NCBI GenBank assembly: GCA_950097015.1
Contig: CATNEN010000010.1
Location: forward strand, 1,550,001 to 1,614,000
Source: Macrostomum hystrix
Taxonomy: Eukaryota; Animalia; Platyhelminthes
Length of the DNA: 64,000 nucleotides
Reading direction: 5' to 3'
Both the position numbers and the translations under genes were made by a program. This document shows, piece by piece, positions 60,201-64,000 of the stretch; the stretch's first letter is position 1; each line of letters begins with the position of its first letter. The notes beneath the pieces are model-generated. The model saw nothing but the letters and a program-made list of their open reading frames with translations, searched no databases and had not been told where the DNA came from.

Positions 60201-62282
60201 GCTGCGCTGCCCTGAGGGTCACTCGGCCCGACTGCGGGGACAGATAAGCAGCACTTTGGTGTGGATATTGGGAAGAGGGGAATCTGAAGGGATTTTAGAA
60301 GAGGGGAATCTGGAGGGATTTCGGAAAGATGGGAGTCTGAAGGGATTTCGGAAAGATAGGAATCTGAAGGGATTTCGGAAAGAGGAGAATCTGAAGGGAT
60401 TTTGGGAAGAGGGGAATCTCGAGGGATTTTGGGGGAATGGGAATCTGGAGGGATTATGGGAAGGCCTCACCTGCGGATCAATGCTCAGCTCATAGACTTC
60501 TGACACCTGGTCAGCCGTCATATTTTTGGTCAGGCTGCTAAATCTGCCAGCACTGCCGCACAGTCGCAATTGCGCGACCCAGCGCCGATTCGAACTGCCA
60601 AAGCAGGCGCTGCCCGCGGATGCAGAAGCGGCTTCAATAGCGGCCTGGCGAATCAACTGGCCGGCGGCCTCCGAAGCTCTGGCCAATCGGCAGCCGTCGT
60701 CCTCGGCGCCAACCGCTGGTGCGGATTCGGCCACGGTGAGTCCGGCCAGCAGACAGTTGGTGTCCGCAACCAGCTGCCGGCTGTCCAGTGGCTCCGCCAG
60801 CACCGGCTTGGGCACAAGCCGGACCAGATCCGGCCCGGGCCGCTCATCGCCCAAGTAGCCGGCCTGAATGGCGGCTCTGCTCGGATATTGATCGGAGATG
60901 CTGGTGATTTTGAGCTGCATCCCACTTCACCACCCGTTTCATCCAGCCTTCCTATTCCGTTGAGCAATATGTCAATACTGAGCCCACTGTTCAGCCGTCT
61001 CAACTGTGCTCAAGCTCGACTCTTGTAACCGCAAAGACTTGATGAACCGGTCCGTGGGCACTGACTTCATTTAAGGGTACACTCTCACTGGGCCTTGGGG
61101 GTTGGCCCTTAGGTTGGCACCTCAAATTAATGCGGCCTCTCCGCGAAGTCAAGCTCAGGGACTTTATTGTGAGAAGGCAGATGTGCTAATCCCTATTGTA
61201 GAAGTATAAAATTCTAAAAAATGCACCTCTTAAATGGTGTCCAAGGCTCGTTAGAATCGCCCGGTCTGGCCTTGTACTGTTCCGGCCTAGTCAGCGGCTG
61301 CACAAAGTCCAAATCTTCGCTAGCCGTAACTGCCAGAACATCGGCGGCAACTTCGGCGCCAGACGAATCGACAAGCACGGCGTACCAGTTAGGGAAGGAG
61401 TCGTAGCGACTGACGACGGCATTTTTGCCAATGTACTTGATGTTGTACTGCCGCCCAGGTGCCAGGCCCGATGAGGCAACTTCACCGCATGGCTCCAGTC
61501 GGTGCAGGTAGCCATTCAGGTGGTGCAGGCGGAACCCAACCGATGGTCCATCATCTGCCAACAGCACCGGCCGCATCAACGAGAAGTATAGACGCCAGTG
61601 GAAGCCCGCGCCGAGTGGTCGATCGGTCAGAGGGCTGCTTAGCGAGATCTGGGCACTGTGGTTCGGTCCCGTGTTGCTAATGACGCTAAAGGTAAGCTGC
61701 AGTTGGCTGGCCAGCTGATGCAGGGCGCGCTCGCCCTCCGACTGGGCGGTGGACAGCCGCTCACCGCGCATAGATATGAGCACTGCCATGGTTTGAATGG
61801 TGGAACTGAAGCTACAGCTATTCCATTCGATTGGAACTGAAGCTACAGCTATTCCATTCGATTGGAACTGAAGCTACAGCTATTCCATTCGATTGGAACT
61901 GAATCAACAGCTATTCCATTCGATTGGAACTGAAGCTACAGCTATTCCATTCGATTGGAACTGAATCAACAGCTATTCCATTCGATTGGAACTGAAGCAA
62001 CAGCTATTCCATTCGATTGGAACTGAATCAACAGCTATTCCATTCGATTGGAACTGAATCAACAGCTATTCCATTCGATTGGAACTGAATCAACAGCTAT
62101 TCCATTCGATTGGAACTGAAGCAACAGCTATTCCATTCGATTGGAACTGAAGCTAAAACACAATATAGTGCTGGTTACTCACCTGAAAGTGTCCACGCTG
62201 ATAATGTTACTATAAAGAAACCAATGTACAATTTGGTCTGCAAGCTTGAATGCCTCCATTTGATGCACAAGCGTGCAAACAT
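57203..62282 (-). CDS. GH20 beta-N-acetylhexosaminidase of chitobiase architecture with an N-terminal signal anchor, about 889 aa; exons 62282-62183, 61782-61227, 60900-60471, 60231-59719, 59375-59128, 59006-58856, 57874-57203
   Basis: CHB_HEX-like N-domain (WRLYFSLMRPV...HLNGYLHRLEP...FPNWY), DYPRAPYRGLMLDVARNF, KLNRLHLHLSDDEG, PELDTPAH, catalytic HFGGDE, LYLD...EERGLYWA, GALWTE, PRLLALAERAW. Phases are consistent (2670 nt). Exon 1 and the exon-2 acceptor are inferred. Confidence 0.9.
57945..58790. repeat. 22-bp minisatellite (TCTGGGATCTCATCATTCAGGA), GH20 intron 6
   Basis: Unit read directly. Confidence 0.95.
59448..59672. repeat. 21-bp minisatellite (ACAGAGGGACAGACAACCAGG), GH20 intron 4
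   Basis: Unit read directly. Confidence 0.93.
60280..60462. repeat. Degenerate 24-bp repeat (GAATCTGAAGGGATTTCGGAAAGA-like), GH20 intron 3
   Basis: About 7 degenerate copies read directly. Confidence 0.85.
61795..62155. repeat. 31-bp minisatellite (TGGAACTGAAGCTACAGCTATTCCATTCGAT), about 11 copies, GH20 intron 1
   Basis: Period of 31 read directly. Confidence 0.95.
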
Positions 62283-64000
62283 GGTGAATGTATGTGCTGA
62301 TTGACCTGCTGATATAATAATTCTGAAAGAGGAATGAAACTTATCTCACAGTTGAAACTTTATTATTGTTATGGTTGCTTTTGATTTTTACTTAGATCAT
62401 AAGAACTAGATTTGTTGGTGCTTTGGAATTAGAAAAAAAAGATCACTAAACATGGAAAAAATTTAAGAGAAAAAAATTTTAATGAGAAAAGGGATAAGTC
62501 ACCAGCTATCTACATGAAACTTTGATTCATATGCCTTAAAAGAAAACTTAACAAACTAACCTGTAAACTTTAGATAGTAAAATAACACAAAGATCTACAA
62601 AATAGCTGTATGTGCACTCTCATAGATTTTTATACAAGTCATGTTATGTCAATGATAGCTATTCTATTAAATTAGCTATCTTTCCATATTAAATATTCTA
62701 CATTCCTTTTAATTTTTAATCTATGTAGTATGCAGTAGGCCTACAGCAATGTGCACTGCACTGCAGCTTGATGCTCTACTTCATAGACCTACACATATTT
62801 CTATGTATCACCTAGTTATACAACATAATATTACAAATATTAAATTCATTATTAATTTAAAAAAATTAATTACTATAACAGTAGCAACTATATAGCTATA
62901 ATAAAAGTACAACAAATTTCAAAATTTAAGATTTTAATGCAACCAAGTAAGTTAATTTTTTTGGCTGTTAGTTTTGCCAAACTATTTAGCTAATTTGTTA
63001 ATTCAAACAATTTAGGCCAAATTAAGAATATTTAGCTAACATATTTTGAGCCATTAAATTTGCTAGTCTATAGTCTCTATAGATTCAAGACACTATTATA
63101 TAATATATATATGTGAAAATAAGACTTTTATAAACAAAGCTATATAAAAACAATGGAGCTTTATGTTGGGCATGCTGTACTAAGATAAACGGATTTGTAC
63201 TTGCTCCAGATCAAAAGCAATAGTTGATTATGTGCTGAAAAATGACTTTTTCCTATCTCCGCAGTGTATTTTTTTCCAGCAAATCGGCCTTCTAAAAATT
63301 TACACGATCTTTGAGTTTCCCGTCCTGTTATACTACAGTGGTCCTTGAGTAGAACATTGCCCAATATGCTTGTATATGTCCTTGGGCTTATTTTCTCTGC
63401 TAAGGCCTACAGTACAGCTACACAACCCTGGCAACTCTCAACCCAGTTACAATTTTCAAGTGGTTTCGACTGCCCACAGGCAGAGACAGAGGCCAATAAA
63501 AAGCTGGGCCTATTATAATTATGTTAAATGAGAACACAGAGAATACGTTCAGTTCAGATAGAATTACATCGAGGGTTCACGAACTCTAGCGAGAGCGAAC
63601 CTCAATATGATTGACGAACTAAAGCCCAAAACAAATCGCTATTGATTAAGTGATAAAGTGATGCATTGGCCTATAGCCGAGACATGCAACAACTTGTTTA
63701 GACGTTCTATACGTCTAGAACAAATAATGGGAAGTAGTTAACGCACGTGTGTCTCGTGTGAAAAAGGACCACCCATTTTTTAGATTTTGGATTTTTGTGC
63801 ATTTAAACTGCATAGTGGCTGTGAATACTTTTATTAACTTTTCAGAACTTATAGATCTTCTACTTCTTTGCTTTTGATACGAGAGCTTTGCTTTACTGTG
63901 GAAATCTTTTGAATATATTTTTTTCTATGAAACTGGGTGTAGTATGTAACCATATGTTATTCTACCACCCCCTCCCTTCATTTCTGTTCCCTCGATTCCT

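Overview
Eukaryotic, intron-containing animal DNA with GT-AG introns, GC-rich exons, AT-rich spacers and about 20 unrelated minisatellite arrays. The mix resembles a free-living flatworm such as Macrostomum, but that is inference from style only. I rebuilt nine spliced genes by hand with consistent reading-frame phases: a tetraspanin (-), a 1667-aa secreted repeat/discoidin/Asp-box protein (+), an atypical Gyc-88E-like soluble guanylyl cyclase with the distal Tyr of O2-binding H-NOX domains (+), a junctophilin with a polyG/polyQ insert and two candidate C-terminal anchor exons (+; one junction needs a weak acceptor), an innexin (-), a SELENBP1/methanethiol oxidase (+), a head-to-head pair of short nAChR-like Cys-loop subunits that have lost the acetylcholine-binding residues (-/+), and a membrane-anchored chitobiase-type GH20 hexosaminidase (-). 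There are also exons of an unknown gene with a thrice-repeated SV[KR]TED motif and two degenerate tRNA-like (SINE-head-like) elements. Most long ORFs in the supplied track are artefacts of stop-free tandem repeats. The best candidates for new biology are the divergent Cys-loop pair, the putative O2-sensing cyclase, the repeat/discoidin protein, the junctophilin 3' end, and the close association of minisatellites with splice sites. No database searches were run.
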